Source: Ostrea edulis (lineage: Eukaryota). Taken from it: a DNA stretch of 64,000 nucleotides. Shown in pieces: positions 10,396 to 23,453 of the stretch. The stretch spans positions 14,322,001 to 14,386,000 of the forward strand of contig NC_079170.1 of the NCBI RefSeq assembly GCF_947568905.1, read 5' to 3'. A program made the position numbers and the translations under genes. Under the pieces are notes generated by a model. The model made no database searches. It saw nothing but the letters and a program-made list of their open reading frames with translations, and was not told the origin of the DNA. Position 1 is the stretch's first letter. Each line of letters opens with the position of its first letter.

Positions 10396-11864
10396 TAAAT
10401 GCTGTACACACACACTATATGACGTCACAATAAAAAGTACGTCACGACGTTGTATTGCGGGGAAAATGTCATCATATTTTGTCGTATTTGCTACCGCTTG
10501 ACAAATGATAATTTTTATTTCTATTTGATATTAATTACAAGTCTCCCTTTTCATATCCATTGTATATATATATTATGTATACAGTATGCGCCACACTAAT
10601 TTTGATAGTATAGCCTATAAGTCACCGAAATCGCCCCTACATGTATGCAATTTGCATCAAGGCATTTAGAAAAAGAAAGTCAATCGTCCGTAAACAATGA
10701 CTTCGTGTAAGTGTAAGATGAGGATCATTTGTTGATATTTACTCTAAATCGACAAATATAACGAAGATCGATACTTTTGGTCAAATATTAACGTCCATGC
10801 TAGCAATGTTTAATTTTCCCAAGCATTTTCATGTTTAAATCTAAGTACGTTTTATTTCTCTACCTATTATATATTCCAAATTATTTCAAACTGTTTTTAA
10901 GCCTACCAACTTTACGAAACACGGCTGCATAAATGGTAACTAATGTAAAAAATATGACCCACGTCGGAATGTATGCGAGACGTAGACGTGGAGAAAAAAA
11001 AGGTGCAAAGTCACAACATGTGCGACAGATAAATTCCTTGAAAATAGCATAGAGACGATCAAGTTCAGCGACACTAGCTACCATGGCCGCGGAAGTGCTG
11101 TTGATCTTGTAAACGAAGTAGTAGCTCATATTGACGTTAATTAGATCTAACCCCGTGGTTTGAAGTAAGACGAATTGTAGAGCTAGACGTTTTGTCCGAA
11201 ACCATGTCGTGCATAATATATACATGTATATATTTTTTTTAAATTAAAATTTTAATTTGTTTCCATTAGCTCACCTTTTTTCAATAATCATGAAAATCTA
11301 AATATTTCAATAAGTTCAAAACAAATATAGTTTCTAACAATGTATTCCAAAACAGACACTGATAATTATGCTGCCCCCCTCTCCCCCCTCCGGTCTTTGG
11401 CAACGAGTGTTTCTTCTTCATTTTGCAGTGCAAAAAATAGACTGTCCCCTCCCCTATTATTTTTAACAGTAGGTGTAAATGAAAAGAATCTAAGTTTGAA
11501 AGTTATTAATAAGAAATAGTTCACCAACTCTAACCCTAACCTAAAGGGAACATATCAATGTATAACTTCAAGGACGCCTAACTCAAAATCAAGATTAGCT
11601 TCACCCCGTCATATTTCTACAGGAAGTTAGGTATATGAATAGATTTTGATAGCAGTGTTTGCAAAAAAAAAATATTGACATGTTTTTGAGCAGTGCCTCA
11701 TTTAGTATCTGGACTACCCTGTTTTTTAGTACTAATTTCCAACCCAAATAATTAAAATTTCCCAATTCCTTATTATGTGGTTATCTTTAAGCATATCATT
11801 AATATTTATTTCATATTATGTATTGCGCATCTGGTGCATCAAAATTGGTACCGTATAAGTTTTA

Positions 11865-12630
11865 CATGTTCGCATTGGGTCAAATGCTGTCTGACGTGTT
11901 TCATACCGATTGTTAAGCCGTTCTTGGCACACTGATTTTGACTGCGGATAACTCCGTTTACCTGATCAGGATATGGGGCTCGCGGCGGGTGTGGCCGGTC
12001 AACAGGGGATGCTTACTACTCCTAGGCACCTGATCCCACCTCTGGTGTGTCCAGGGGTCCGTGTTTGCCCAACTATCTATTTTGTATTGCTTGTAGGAGT
12101 TATGAGATTGATCACTGTTCGTTATCTTCACCTTGCATGTATATATTCTAAAGATTATTGTAAGAGATATACACAAAAATTCCATTAAATTAACAATGTT
12201 TTAAAAGGAAGGTAATTCAACGCGTATTACCTAACTTGTATACTTAAAAAGTGGTCATGGAATTTGTACACATTGTAAAGGACATCCTGATGGTGCCTCA
12301 TGAAAAAAAAAAGAAGAAAAAATATTGACGAGTTATTTTTGACCACATCGTCCCGCATGTCCTTAACGTGAAAGGTGAAGATAACAAACTATGATCAATC
12401 TCCTAACTCCTATAAGCAATACAAAATAAATTTGGGCAAACACGGACGCCTGGATATACCAGAGGTGGGATCAGGTGCCTAGGAGGAGTAAGCATCCCTT
12501 GTCGACCGGTCACACCCGCTGTGGGCCCTATATCTTGATCAGGTTAACAGAGTTATCCGTAATCAAAATCAGTGTGCTAACAACAGCATAACACTCGGTA
12601 TGAAGCACATCAGATAGTATTCAAATGTAT
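11865..12630. mobile_element. Two oppositely oriented Penelope-like 3' fragments (11865-12140 +, 12370-12630 -)
   Basis: Near-consensus gggctc(a/g)cggcgggtgtg...cctaggcacctgatcccacctctgg...gatcactgttcgttatcttcacct. Confidence 0.9.
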
Positions 12631-15600
12631 ATTTAAAACAGATCATGCAAAATACGGATTGCATTGGGAGTATTTTATTTAAAGCACGAATTAACTAAAT
12701 AAACTGAACTGCCATAAGTGAAGAAATATTTATTAAAAAGAACACGAAATTTCACGTTATCCTATCTGGATATACACTTTCGCCCATACATGGGGTTGAA
12801 CTCACGACCTGCGGAACAAGATCTCCTAGCAGCATGTAACCAACGTTCTAGACAATTATTTAGATTTAAGGTAAAATAGAACTGAAAAGGTAAAAGACAA
12901 ACGATGTAGAATATAGATAATGTCTTTTATGCAGGGACGTGTTGAGCGTCCAAGCAACATCCCCCAAACAGTCACATACGGTGCACCGCTGTTTATCTCA
13001 CACATAGAGAGTTTTAGCATGACGACAGAAGAACCCCATCCCCATAAGAAAACAGTACCTTTGTGGAAAACCGTAAGACCAAGATCAAGTAATGTTTAAT
13101 ATTCGCCCATATATAAAGAAATGAAATGTCTAATCTTTGTGTGCGTGTGTGTGTGTGCGCATGTGTATATGTGCGTGTTTGTAATGCTTTATATTATATA
13201 CATTAGTCGAAAACACAAAGGGTCGTGAGGCGCTTGGCACACCGTCTTTTCTAAATGTTATAAAACGTTTTGCACACAGTCGTCACCACAGTTAAATTTG
13301 AAATGATGGAGAAGCTTGTCCCGTTGATTATAACTTTGCACTTCGACGGAATCAAACATAATGGTGGTACGTCGGAAGTGATGGAGACCTGATCGCTCAC
13401 TGATCACGTGACTTCTCACAAATCTGTCTTTTTTTCAGTTTCAGTGTCTAAACTCTCTGAAATTTATTGTCTCTTGGAAAAAGAAACATCTATATCCTGA
13501 TATCACCTGATATATCACAAAACAGTTCAATACAGCATATTGGACTATAATTGCATGACCTTTTGGTGAAAGTTTGATAGCACCGTGTAAAACACGTCAA
13601 GTGATGTTCGTCAAATTTACCATGTAAAGTAATCCATAAGTTAACGACAGTCATTTTTGTGTTAAAAAACAAACAAAAAACTAAAACGCCACTGGGCTCA
13701 GTTAATAACTTCATTACACGATACATTAGCGAGTTTCACGTATTAGCATCGGATAAGATAATGCAAAGTGGAGTGCTTGCAGTCCGCTTAGCAACAGCAA
13801 GGGGAATAACTGCTCATGCACAGTTGTCATGAGAAGTTCACAACACTTGTTGAAAGAATCAAAATAGTGTTAGCAAAGTAAAATTATACACTACTGATAA
13901 AAAAAAAACAATGTTTCTGCGATCCAAATAAAGTAGAGAAGCAATTGTCTATGATGTCAAAGAATGGTTGTGTAAAATGTTGAAAAGTTGTATACTTTGA
14001 AATTTATTTATTTTTTGATTTGGAGGATTTCTGCTTCAATTTTATCTTACGTTCTTTACGTAATATTAACATACAAATCTTCAATGGGGAATCAGGACAA
14101 TTCACCCCCTCCCCGAGACAACTCTCTTCCGTGAGAGATAACCTCTCGGTTTCCGTGAACATCAAATCTGTTTAATACCTTTACAAAATGTATGAGTACG
14201 TGACATCGGTTGTAGAAAATAAGAAAGTTGGGATTCATCAACATCAAAGTGACTAGTAATCATAATAGCAATGTTAAGTTTTCTGTCAATGTTAATGAAC
14301 GGACAATTAATCATGGTTATATGATAAAATTTAGTCTTGATATCAATAATACATGAAAGATCGGGAAAATTATTGACGACATCGTAATGGTATTGGACTG
14401 AAACATTTCTTTGATGACATTGAATATGAATTATTGATTTTAATATTGTAGCTTGTCTGTGATCTCTATTCTATGACATTGAACAAATCTGCAAGAGTGA
14501 AACTTAAACAAACGAGAATATTTTAACCCTGAGGCATAAATATCTACTCGATTAATACTATTTCGATTATGCTAAATCAAATGTATAAAATATTGAATTT
14601 GTAGCATGTACATGTATTACTGTGACAAAAAGATGTACAGAACAGTATTTAAGAATGAAATCGAACACAGTCGTTGATGAAGGTTTGGTCAAATATTGGA
14701 AGGTATTGAAATTCAATAGTTAACAAAATGTCAACCCCAAGCAAAGATGGCGCCTGTCTTCAGTGTTGTCACTATCACATTTTTTTTTTGTCTTATACCT
14801 CCAAATCAAAAAAGGTGTTGATTTAGCAATGCTAACATTTTTCCTCAGCTATTTTTAAAAAAAAAATTAGATTTCAACAATCTAACATGAAGTGAAACTT
14901 CAGTTAATCATTGAGATGCTGAAGTTTTGTGGATTTCATGAGCAATACATAATTTGATAGATTTGAGTGAAGATCAGGGAAATATTTTTCATGTTCACTG
15001 TTTCTATATACCTTCTTCAAAATTTTCTTCTTTTATACTTTGCTTTGTACAATTAGAGATTATTTTCTGTTTCAAAAGTAAAACATTCGTACGGTGCTAT
15101 TACGTTTTAAGGTAAATCCACGCCTCTAGAACTATAGGTTCAATCCAATTCGTTAAATAATATATTTTAGTGAAAAATAAAAATAATGAAATACGTATGT
15201 TGTGGTATTAATAATGTTTTTTTTTTTTTTTTTTTTTTTAATTAGCATACATTTACCTGTTATCAACGTCAGAAAAATGCAATTTTCATTATCAAATTTC
15301 ACAAAATTGGTTTAAATCATATAACAGTATTCATAACAATTTCAAGAAACTGTTTCTTTTTTTTAAAAAATATACACAATCTTTGTGAAAAATAAAGGAA
15401 ATTTATCACATAATAAATGTGATAAACAATTTAATGAAAACAGAGTTATTGCCCTTGGAATAAATATTTTGTAACATATAATTGATTATTCATAAAAAAA
15501 ACCGTAAACTTTGAACTATTTTATGGTTAACAAGATTTTTTACAATAAGTATTGAAAAGACTCCAACAAAAATTATTTTCCTGTCATGCATCAATCTTAT

Positions 15601-15724
15601 TAACTCATTGACTTTGCGAAATCTTATGGCGTCACAGGAGGGTGGAACTACGTTAAAAGACTTAGTTTTCCTGGTTGTACATAGTTGCAGTTGTCTATTT
15701 TTCAGAATAGTCTTCATAATCTTC

Positions 15725-16224
15725 ATTACATTATCTTCGTACTTCAGAACAAAGGCATATTCGAAGAATGCAGAGTTGATGGAAATAATGATTTGCGATT
15801 CAAACAGGTCCACCCCTGTTGCATGGTAAACTGGCCACAACAATGTAAAATATGTTAACGCTATCTACACATGTGGCAAATTACACAATACTTTCGATTT
15901 CCTCCTTTAAAGAGTTATCGCTCTTTGATCGTTCTTCGATATAAGAACTCCCACTTAGGCAGAAAAAGCAGCGAAACTCAAGAACATTCAGAAAACAAAA
16001 GAATCAAAATTGTGAAATGCGATTCATCCACGGACAAAAGTAAGATATGCTACCCGTATATTACATTATCTTCGTACTTCAGAACAAAGGCATATTCGAA
16101 GAATGCAGAGTTGATGGAAATAATGATTTGCGATTCAAACAGGTCCACCCCTGTTGCATGGTAAACTGGCCACAACAATGTAAAATATGTTAACGTTATC
16201 TACACATGTGGCAAATTACACAAT
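15725..16224. repeat. 165-bp direct repeat pair (15725-15889, 16060-16224) with 170-bp spacer
   Basis: One mismatch seen between copies (aacgctatc vs aacgttatc). Confidence 0.92.
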
Positions 16225-18881
16225 TGGAGACAATGAGCCGGATTGCATTGCATTTGACATTGAACTTTTAATTCAATATTTAACTGATTCGAAAATTCTC
16301 TTCTTATTATCAGCCCGATTAAAAGAATGATTATCCTCCAAGAATAATGGTCTACTTTAACAAACGGAATATCTTTGTTCTATCAACTGCGACCATTTAC
16401 AACTCATACTATTAATTGATATAAAACAAAGAAATTCTGCCTTGCTATAAAAATTTCCATATTCCTAATTTTTTTTCTAACTAACGAAATTTAATTTATA
16501 TATTAAAACAGAAATTATTTGAATCCATGTTCAAATTATCGAGATACTGAACTACACGTTCACTTACCTGAGTTATCCCTCCTCCACAATCACAGCGCTG
16601 CAAATACGTGTACTTCAGTGCACTTCGCACTATTCATTCCCTATAAGCGCAATAAATGCAAACAAATCATGCAGCACATTCTTTTTGGCGTTTATGGACA
16701 CGTCTGATAATACAACCTAAAGAACAACGGGTAGGCCCCGCAACACAATCACAACAACAGTTATTAATTGCTGTTTGTTGTCTTCACCTTACAATGCAAA
16801 CTTTACATGTATGTGACCTTGGAGATGCAGAAGTCATTATAAAGAATACAAAATTTAATATAGCTTAAATGTCCCTAAAAAGTGCAGAGGTCAGGGGAAA
16901 ATAATTCAAAGGTCACAATAATTACAAGAAATTTAACTGTGATAATGAGTGGTGCAGTGGTCCAAAACCCACATATAGCAAAGAACAAGGGTCGTTATTG
17001 GCTATATACCGCCGAGATTGTTTTCATTTTTTCAACTTTTATACCACGCATAATTACTCTTTATTTACACAACTAGAATGTTCTTATCCCACTTACATGA
17101 AAATGACGTAATATTTTATTATGACGTCATAAATATACGCTAAAGATGAGTTGTTTAGCGGAATCTGTTGATTTGAAATAAAAGAAAAATTAATAAACTT
17201 TAGCAAAAACAAACACTTTTGTATTCAACAATCAGATTTATATTTTGCATGTTTAATTGTCCATTAATATTCTTCTTTCAATATCAATACGGTGTCGGTT
17301 GTTGGCTGCAAACAATGTGAATTTTAAAAAAGAAAGAATGCGGAAATCGGCTGTTTTCGATACGTAAAGTCAATATTTTGCATGTTATAGAACTGAAGCA
17401 AACTGTTCCATCATTTCACCTCATAAACGTTTACTTACTTTGCGATTTAATAAGTATGTCCAGTCAAACAATTTATGCGTTACCTATAGTTTGCCATAAA
17501 AAGCTGCACATAATAAATGCAGACGATGTCTGCCTTTTAAGGCATGATAAATGAAAATTATTCTACTTTCGTTTTTAAAGGTCACGGAAATATGTTTGTA
17601 CGTCCTGTCTTTTCAAAAAAAAAATTATTCAAGAATAAATTAGATTTAAAAAAAAAATCAAATCAAAGACACGCATATACCTCTAATAACTCAAATTTAT
17701 TTTCTTTTTGGAAAAGTCGGACCAAAATTCGTTCATTTCCGGCAAAATGGGTACTGATACGTTGTATCTCTAGAGCTAGATAATTGAGATGTCTGCTACT
17801 TTTTTCGATAAATTTTAAATTATCTTTAATACAAGTGTATCAAATATAATGCATTGTTAAAGTGAAATTTTGTGTGAAATTGTTTGTATAGTTAATAATT
17901 GGTTTATATTATCTTAAATCTTGTAGACGTGTTGCTTTAAAAGCTACAGACTGCAATGATCTATTTATTTTGATAAGGTCACTGGCTACTAATTAAAATT
18001 TCTGCTGACATTTATCGCCTGAGTTTCAGGGGATGGAGGTCAGAATTGTTGGTCATGAGAAAATCCAGACTTCAGCAATGTTTATAATTAAAAGGTTAAT
18101 TTGGCGGTGATTGGCAGTCTGTGGGTTGGGCAGTTTCTAATATTTAGCAAAGAATTTCAGTATTCAATTAGTTACTCAGTCAGATCCTGTGTGAAGCGTT
18201 ACACGAAATACAAAATAAACTTTGTTGGAAACTTTGGGTGTTTTTATTTAAAACAGAAAGTTTCGGTGTAACATGCATACAACTTATTGCTAATAATATT
18301 GACGTGTTTGTGCGTTTTTTTTTAAAAAGCAGGTTTCTTACATCAAGTTTAACGTATGTACATGTACATTGTATATGATGCATGTTGATATTAAGATTTA
18401 CTACATTAGTAATTAGATATTGATTCCAAAGATCATTTGTTGTCATTCCAACGTGTTCATAAGTCATTGAATGAAATTTACTGCATCGTGCATAAAAATA
18501 TTTACATTTGCTAATGCACTTCCTTGTTCAATTTCGTGTGACATGAATTTGGTCACGTGATCAGTTTGTTATTGCGTATGAATACAATCACAGCTTCAAA
18601 AGTATTTGGGTCAATGTGCATTACTTTCACCTGCCTTCTTGCTTACGCAACGACATCAAAACAAAGGTAAATTGAAAACAGTTTTATATAGTTTATTTTG
18701 TAAACAGACAAGAATTTCATGAATTGAATAAAATTTCAGAAACACGGAAGAAAAAAATTGATGACTAGGTCTAAATAGAAAAAAATTAAAACAAAAAGAA
18801 AAAATCTTGTTGATTCAAATAAAGAGTATAAAACCCCTCCGTGTAATCCAAACAAAATATAAGAATTTTAAAAGCTAAACA

Positions 18882-20114
18882 ATGTGTTATATAATTTTAG
18901 ATTGGCACATAGAGGTTTATGGTATTCCAATAGATTTCGAAACGGTGCAAACTGATGATCTGGCTAACAAGCTACGTAAATTCTTCTGCGAGGCAAAACC
19001 GAAAGGATCCAGTAAATCAAGATACATAATGGAAGTACAAAGTGGCTATTACCACAAGAACACACTAAAAATATCAGAACAGCAATAAATAGGCATCTGC
19101 AGGACATATGTTGCTCTATTGACATTGTGCGGGATAAGGAATTCAAGTCAACCAATCACACATTAGATGGAATGTTGAAAACTATGACCAAAATTGGTGC
19201 ATCAAGGCCCACTAAACACAAGCAGATCATAAATACTCCAGATCTTGATAAGATATCCTCTACAGACAGCCTCCTACTCTCCACTTGTCCTCCGACAGTG
19301 TGTCTGGTATCACCTTTCGATCCATTTTGTTACACGCGGCCTGGAATTCCATCACCAGTTGCGTCGTGATTCCTTTGATTTCCACAATGATGAAAATGGT
19401 CTCGAGTATGTGACATTGAGGCAGGAAACACAGCAAAAACATTTCCAGGGGGGGGGGGGGGGTATAGGATCTGAAGAGGCCCCAGGTGACAAAAGGATGT
19501 ATTCTTCCCCTGAAATCAAAACATGCTCAGTTAAAATGTTGCGTTTGCTATTGAAAAAAAATGCATCCTATCTGTTTAACACCTGTGTGAAGGAGGTTTT
19601 TACCTTCTCAGCTTCAAGATTAGATGTTTGGTATTCTGTGAAACCTCTTAGCAAGAGAACCTACAGTGGATTCATGGCTGACATATCTAAATCTGCTAAA
19701 TGTGCCAACGTTTACACTCCCCACTGTTTGCAGGCAACAGCCATAACTGCCATGAGCGAGGCTGGTTTCGAGGCTCGAAAAACCATGTTCATGTCAGAGC
19801 ACCGTTGTGAGTCTTCATTAAAGTCCTACAACAAAAATCTTTCATGCGAACAAAAACTCTCTGTCAGTTCGTGTTTATCTCCTCTTATTCATCCTGTAAG
19901 TCAACGAAAGCAACCTACCTGCACGTCATCTAAATATGTCGCTACAGCCACGAGGCCTGGTGATGAACATGCCGTCGTTCCATTCCAAACCATGGAAAAA
20001 CATGACCAAGAGCTGAACATCAACTTGATCCATCCATCCTCCGTAATTTCACTCAGATCCTCTGAATTTATGTCCAATTCTGTGTTCAACAATTGTGTTT
20101 TCAACTTCAAATAA
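18882..20114 (+). pseudogene. DUF3504/tyrosine recombinase ORF with two frameshifts
   Basis: LRKFFCEA...(I)RTAINRHL...HKQII...VWYHLSIHFVTRGLEFHHQL...WYSVKPL...YTPHCLQATAITAM...MSEHRCESSLKSY. The HxxR arginine reads Gln. Frameshifts near 19075 and 19255. Confidence 0.8.
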
Positions 20115-20613
20115 AACAGCGTTTTCTCCATCTTTGTGCTGAACGACCAAATCACAACCCGGATGTCGATTACTCCGCTCCTCGTAACTTCAATTCAGTT
20201 GACTTGACGCTTTGAATTACATTTATTTGACACCTATTTCACCTTCCTTCGAAATTGAATAATTGCATTTTATATTGTCGTATATCTTGTTCTCGATCAT
20301 CTATTCGATAAAAATCTAACGAACTATATCCTGTGTTGGCTGATCGTTAATTTAGGTCATTTGCTATAAAACTATGGAAGCTCGATAAAAAAACAAATCA
20401 AATGTAACCGGATTATTTGTTTAAGACTTCTTCCAACAAAGTCTTAACCTGAAGACTTATACTAGCAAAGTCTTATTACTCTGACTTCTACCAACAAAGT
20501 CTTAACTATACTCAATTCGCGTTGGTTTCAAAGTTTATTTCTAACATAAACTCAGCAACATTCAAATACAATACCAGGTTCTATTCTCTTCTCCTTTTGA
20601 CAAATTTACAAAC

Positions 20614-20617
<4 letters not shown>

Positions 20618-20651
<34 letters not shown>

Positions 20652-20911
20652 ATATATATATTTTATTTCACAGAACCTATTCTATAACAATAATGATAGT
20701 AATAATAAAGTACACTATAGGGCAGCTGTCAGGGATGGGGCCCTGGCTAAGCTCCCTCAAAATTTAACAAGACATTTCCTACTGTGCCACGCAGGGCACA
20801 TTCTATAAATTCTATTTTATAATGTACAAGCTTAAGTATATTTATCTGTCTAGCGTATTATAATGTATATTTAAAAAATTATTATGTGTATCAATTATGA
20901 TATTTGTTTGT
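20618..20911 (-). mobile_element. Short retroposed insert with poly(A) tail and about 14-bp TSD
   Basis: About 30-nt poly(T) on +, with AATAAA just upstream on the minus strand. atttacaaacgtat at 20604-20617 and 20912-20925. Confidence 0.8.
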
Positions 20912-22510
20912 ATTTACAAACGTATATATATATGAAATGGGTACGTGATTAACATTATTGACACTAATGCGCTATAATAAACGCAGCTGCAGTAGTGTAC
21001 ATTTTTTGGTAACAAAACTGTCCCAACTGCCAATCATTTATGGGTGATGCAGGTACTGGAATAACAGTATCGCGAGTTTTACTCATAAAGGTCGTACAAA
21101 ACATGGTGACCTTTATGTATTTGTTTGCAATGTGGCTTACATAGTTTCATCAGCTAAAATGACTAAATATGATCAGTGCGATTCCACAGGCCTGCATCAC
21201 TCACATACATTGTAAATTTAATAATATAATTGGTAATTAAGGCTAATATAATCGATAAAGATAATGCAAGACTAATATAAGTGATAATACAATCAATTCT
21301 TAAGGTCATCTGGTTACACAAAATAGAAATATAAATATAAGAAATAAGATACTTTTTAAAATTTTTATTGGGATATGACATGAAGTTGGTACGTGGTCAA
21401 ATCTACTATAACGCCTTTCGGGCGTTATAGGATTTGACCACGTGACCAACTTCATCTGTATCTTATTTCTTAAATAAAATATAACAGAAAATCTTTATTT
21501 ATGTCTTTAAGCGCGGCGTGGTTTCTTTAAAACGTCGAGCACCTGTGATCGTTTCGAAACTTCGACCATTGTTGTGGAAGATTTTTTTTTCTATATCGCA
21601 TATGTAATACATGTAGGTACACATTTACAGGTACACATATAACAAAGGCAATTGGGCAGGATGTATATCTACATGTATAGATATAAATATTCAGACACCG
21701 CAGTATTGGGAAGGAGTTGTCCCTCCAGGTTTTTTTTGGGGGGGGGGGGGGTGATGTCGACCATTTCCTTGCTACGGGAACAACTTGACCAGTCTAATGA
21801 CACCCCAACTTTTACCAATCTTATATAATATATCGTCGACTGCCCTATTTCGGTGACTGACCAGAAACGGTGACCTTTTGTTTACGTGTTCGCGTTGTCG
21901 TTTCCGGCTGTAGATTGCGCCATCAATTTCGCCGTAGCAAACATATATATAGTACGTCTTCATTTTTTCCCGAAAATAAACCACTAGAAGGAGAGTATGC
22001 AAACAATCAACACGAGCACCCCAAAAATAAACCCATTTACTTATTACTTTTTCAAGCAAACCTTCAAATTGATATAAAGTATACTAAAAGTCTAGGATTC
22101 TACACTATGTTATTTTATTCATTGACGTTTATTTGCACATTTCTCCTGTATATACGTTTTAACAGTTACAAACTTTTGGCAAACTTATATCAACAATGGT
22201 CACCGAAATAGGTGACGTCGACGTTTTAGGACCATAAAGTGGCATGTTTTTTGTTACGAAAATATACCCTATTAACGTACCAATGGAGTTGGAATTTTTG
22301 GATGAAAGTAAAGGAATTTAATTACTTTAATGGTAGGAGTATTATTTATTTATTTAATACAAGTGATAATGAGAAAATCGCGGTTTATCACTAAGGTAAC
22401 CGAAACTGGTCGGTCGACGATACATGTGTTGTGAAGATGGCTACTAAAAGTTTATATTAGTATTGAAGTACGCCACATCCACGGTTAGAAAAAATGGGGT
22501 AACCGTAAGG

Positions 22511-22678
22511 NNNNNNNNNNNNNNNNNNNNNNNNNNNNNNNNNNNNNNNNNNNNNNNNNNNNNNNNNNNNNNNNNNNNNNNNNNNNNNNNNNNNNNNNNN
22601 NNNNNNNNNNNNNNNNNNNNNNNNNNNNNNNNNNNNNNNNNNNNNNNNNNNNNNNNNNNNNNNNNNNNNNNNNNNNNN
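22511..22678. other. Assembly gap (168 N)
   Basis: Run of N. Confidence 0.99.
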
Positions 22679-23398
22679 GCCCGTACATTGAAAAACGAAA
22701 ATACGTGTATGATATTTATAAAAATAGTTTTTTTTAAAAAGGTCTGTTGTAGTTACATATACTGTCTCATGGAAACAGACACGTCGCATCATTTTTCAGT
22801 GGTGGTGGTGGGGGGGGGGGGGGGGGGGTGAAGGATAAGTTGGTAGTTAATTAGTAAATAAAAAAACCGTTTCTGTCTCTGATCTTCGAATCGGGTGGGG
22901 GTGGGGTGGGGGTCATACTTCGCTACATGGGTTCAATTCATAATTTTTAAGCCTATTTACTTCTCATTCAATACAACTATCAAGAATATGGGGTGGGAGG
23001 TGTTGTCACTCATTATATCCTTATTCGCATATGAAAATAACAGATCATGATCATAAGGAGGAGGGGAGAGCGCTCATCCAATTCATGATTTTCAAGTTTA
23101 CATTTTTCTCATTCAAAACTACGACAAACAAAAGAGTAGGGAATCGCCCAATATATCTGTATTCGATTATGAAAATAACATATTGATCATTGACAAAAGA
23201 AAGTGGGAAAGACAACCTTTCTAAACATAAAATAATCCTTAATTGGCATCCAGTTCAAACAACAAAATAAAAAGCCAGAAGAGGTCCTGATATTTCGAAT
23301 ATCTAAAAGTATTCTTGCTGCCCTCTTTTGCATTCTTATTCATGCAACATTTGTATCTTTTAGTATCACACTTTATCATTTATCAAAGATGAACACTA

Positions 23399-23402
<4 letters not shown>

Positions 23403-23449
<47 letters not shown>
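23403..23449. repeat. (GA)n microsatellite
   Basis: About 23 GA units. Confidence 0.95.

Positions 23450-23453
<4 letters not shown>

Larger units (their letters stand above)
18500..21471 (+). mobile_element. Crypton-like tyrosine-recombinase (DUF3504-type) DNA transposon, degenerate; left boundary approximate
   Basis: Contains the frameshifted YR ORF and ends in a long palindrome at 21339-21471. Homologous to the reverse-oriented copy at 62.7-63.9 kb. Confidence 0.72.

Noticed and set aside
11945-11975. Hammerhead ribozyme in the Penelope-like 3' UTR
   Set aside because: The closest core reads CTGATCA rather than CTGANGA, and I found no correctly placed GAAA with flanking stems.
11958-12188. 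Small ORFs such as 3197-3511, 7967-8155, 11958-12188, 24119-24402, 54399-54632
   Set aside because: They are chance frames through the non-coding Penelope-like 3' UTR; their mutual similarity reflects the repeat.
15725-16224. Miniature LTR retrotransposon (TRIM/solo structure)
   Set aside because: No TG...CA ends, PBS, PPT or TSD.
16560-16760. Orphan minus-strand exon ending at a strong CAG|GTAAGT donor near 16567
   Set aside because: No open frame with a credible acceptor or recognisable peptide upstream of it.
22457-22831. ORFs spanning N runs (also 50712-50984)
   Set aside because: Artefacts of the assembly gaps.
22800-22912. G-runs as functional G-quadruplexes (also 19449-19462, 21738-21751)
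   Set aside because: They lie in repeats or near a gap and long G runs are error-prone; nothing supports function.
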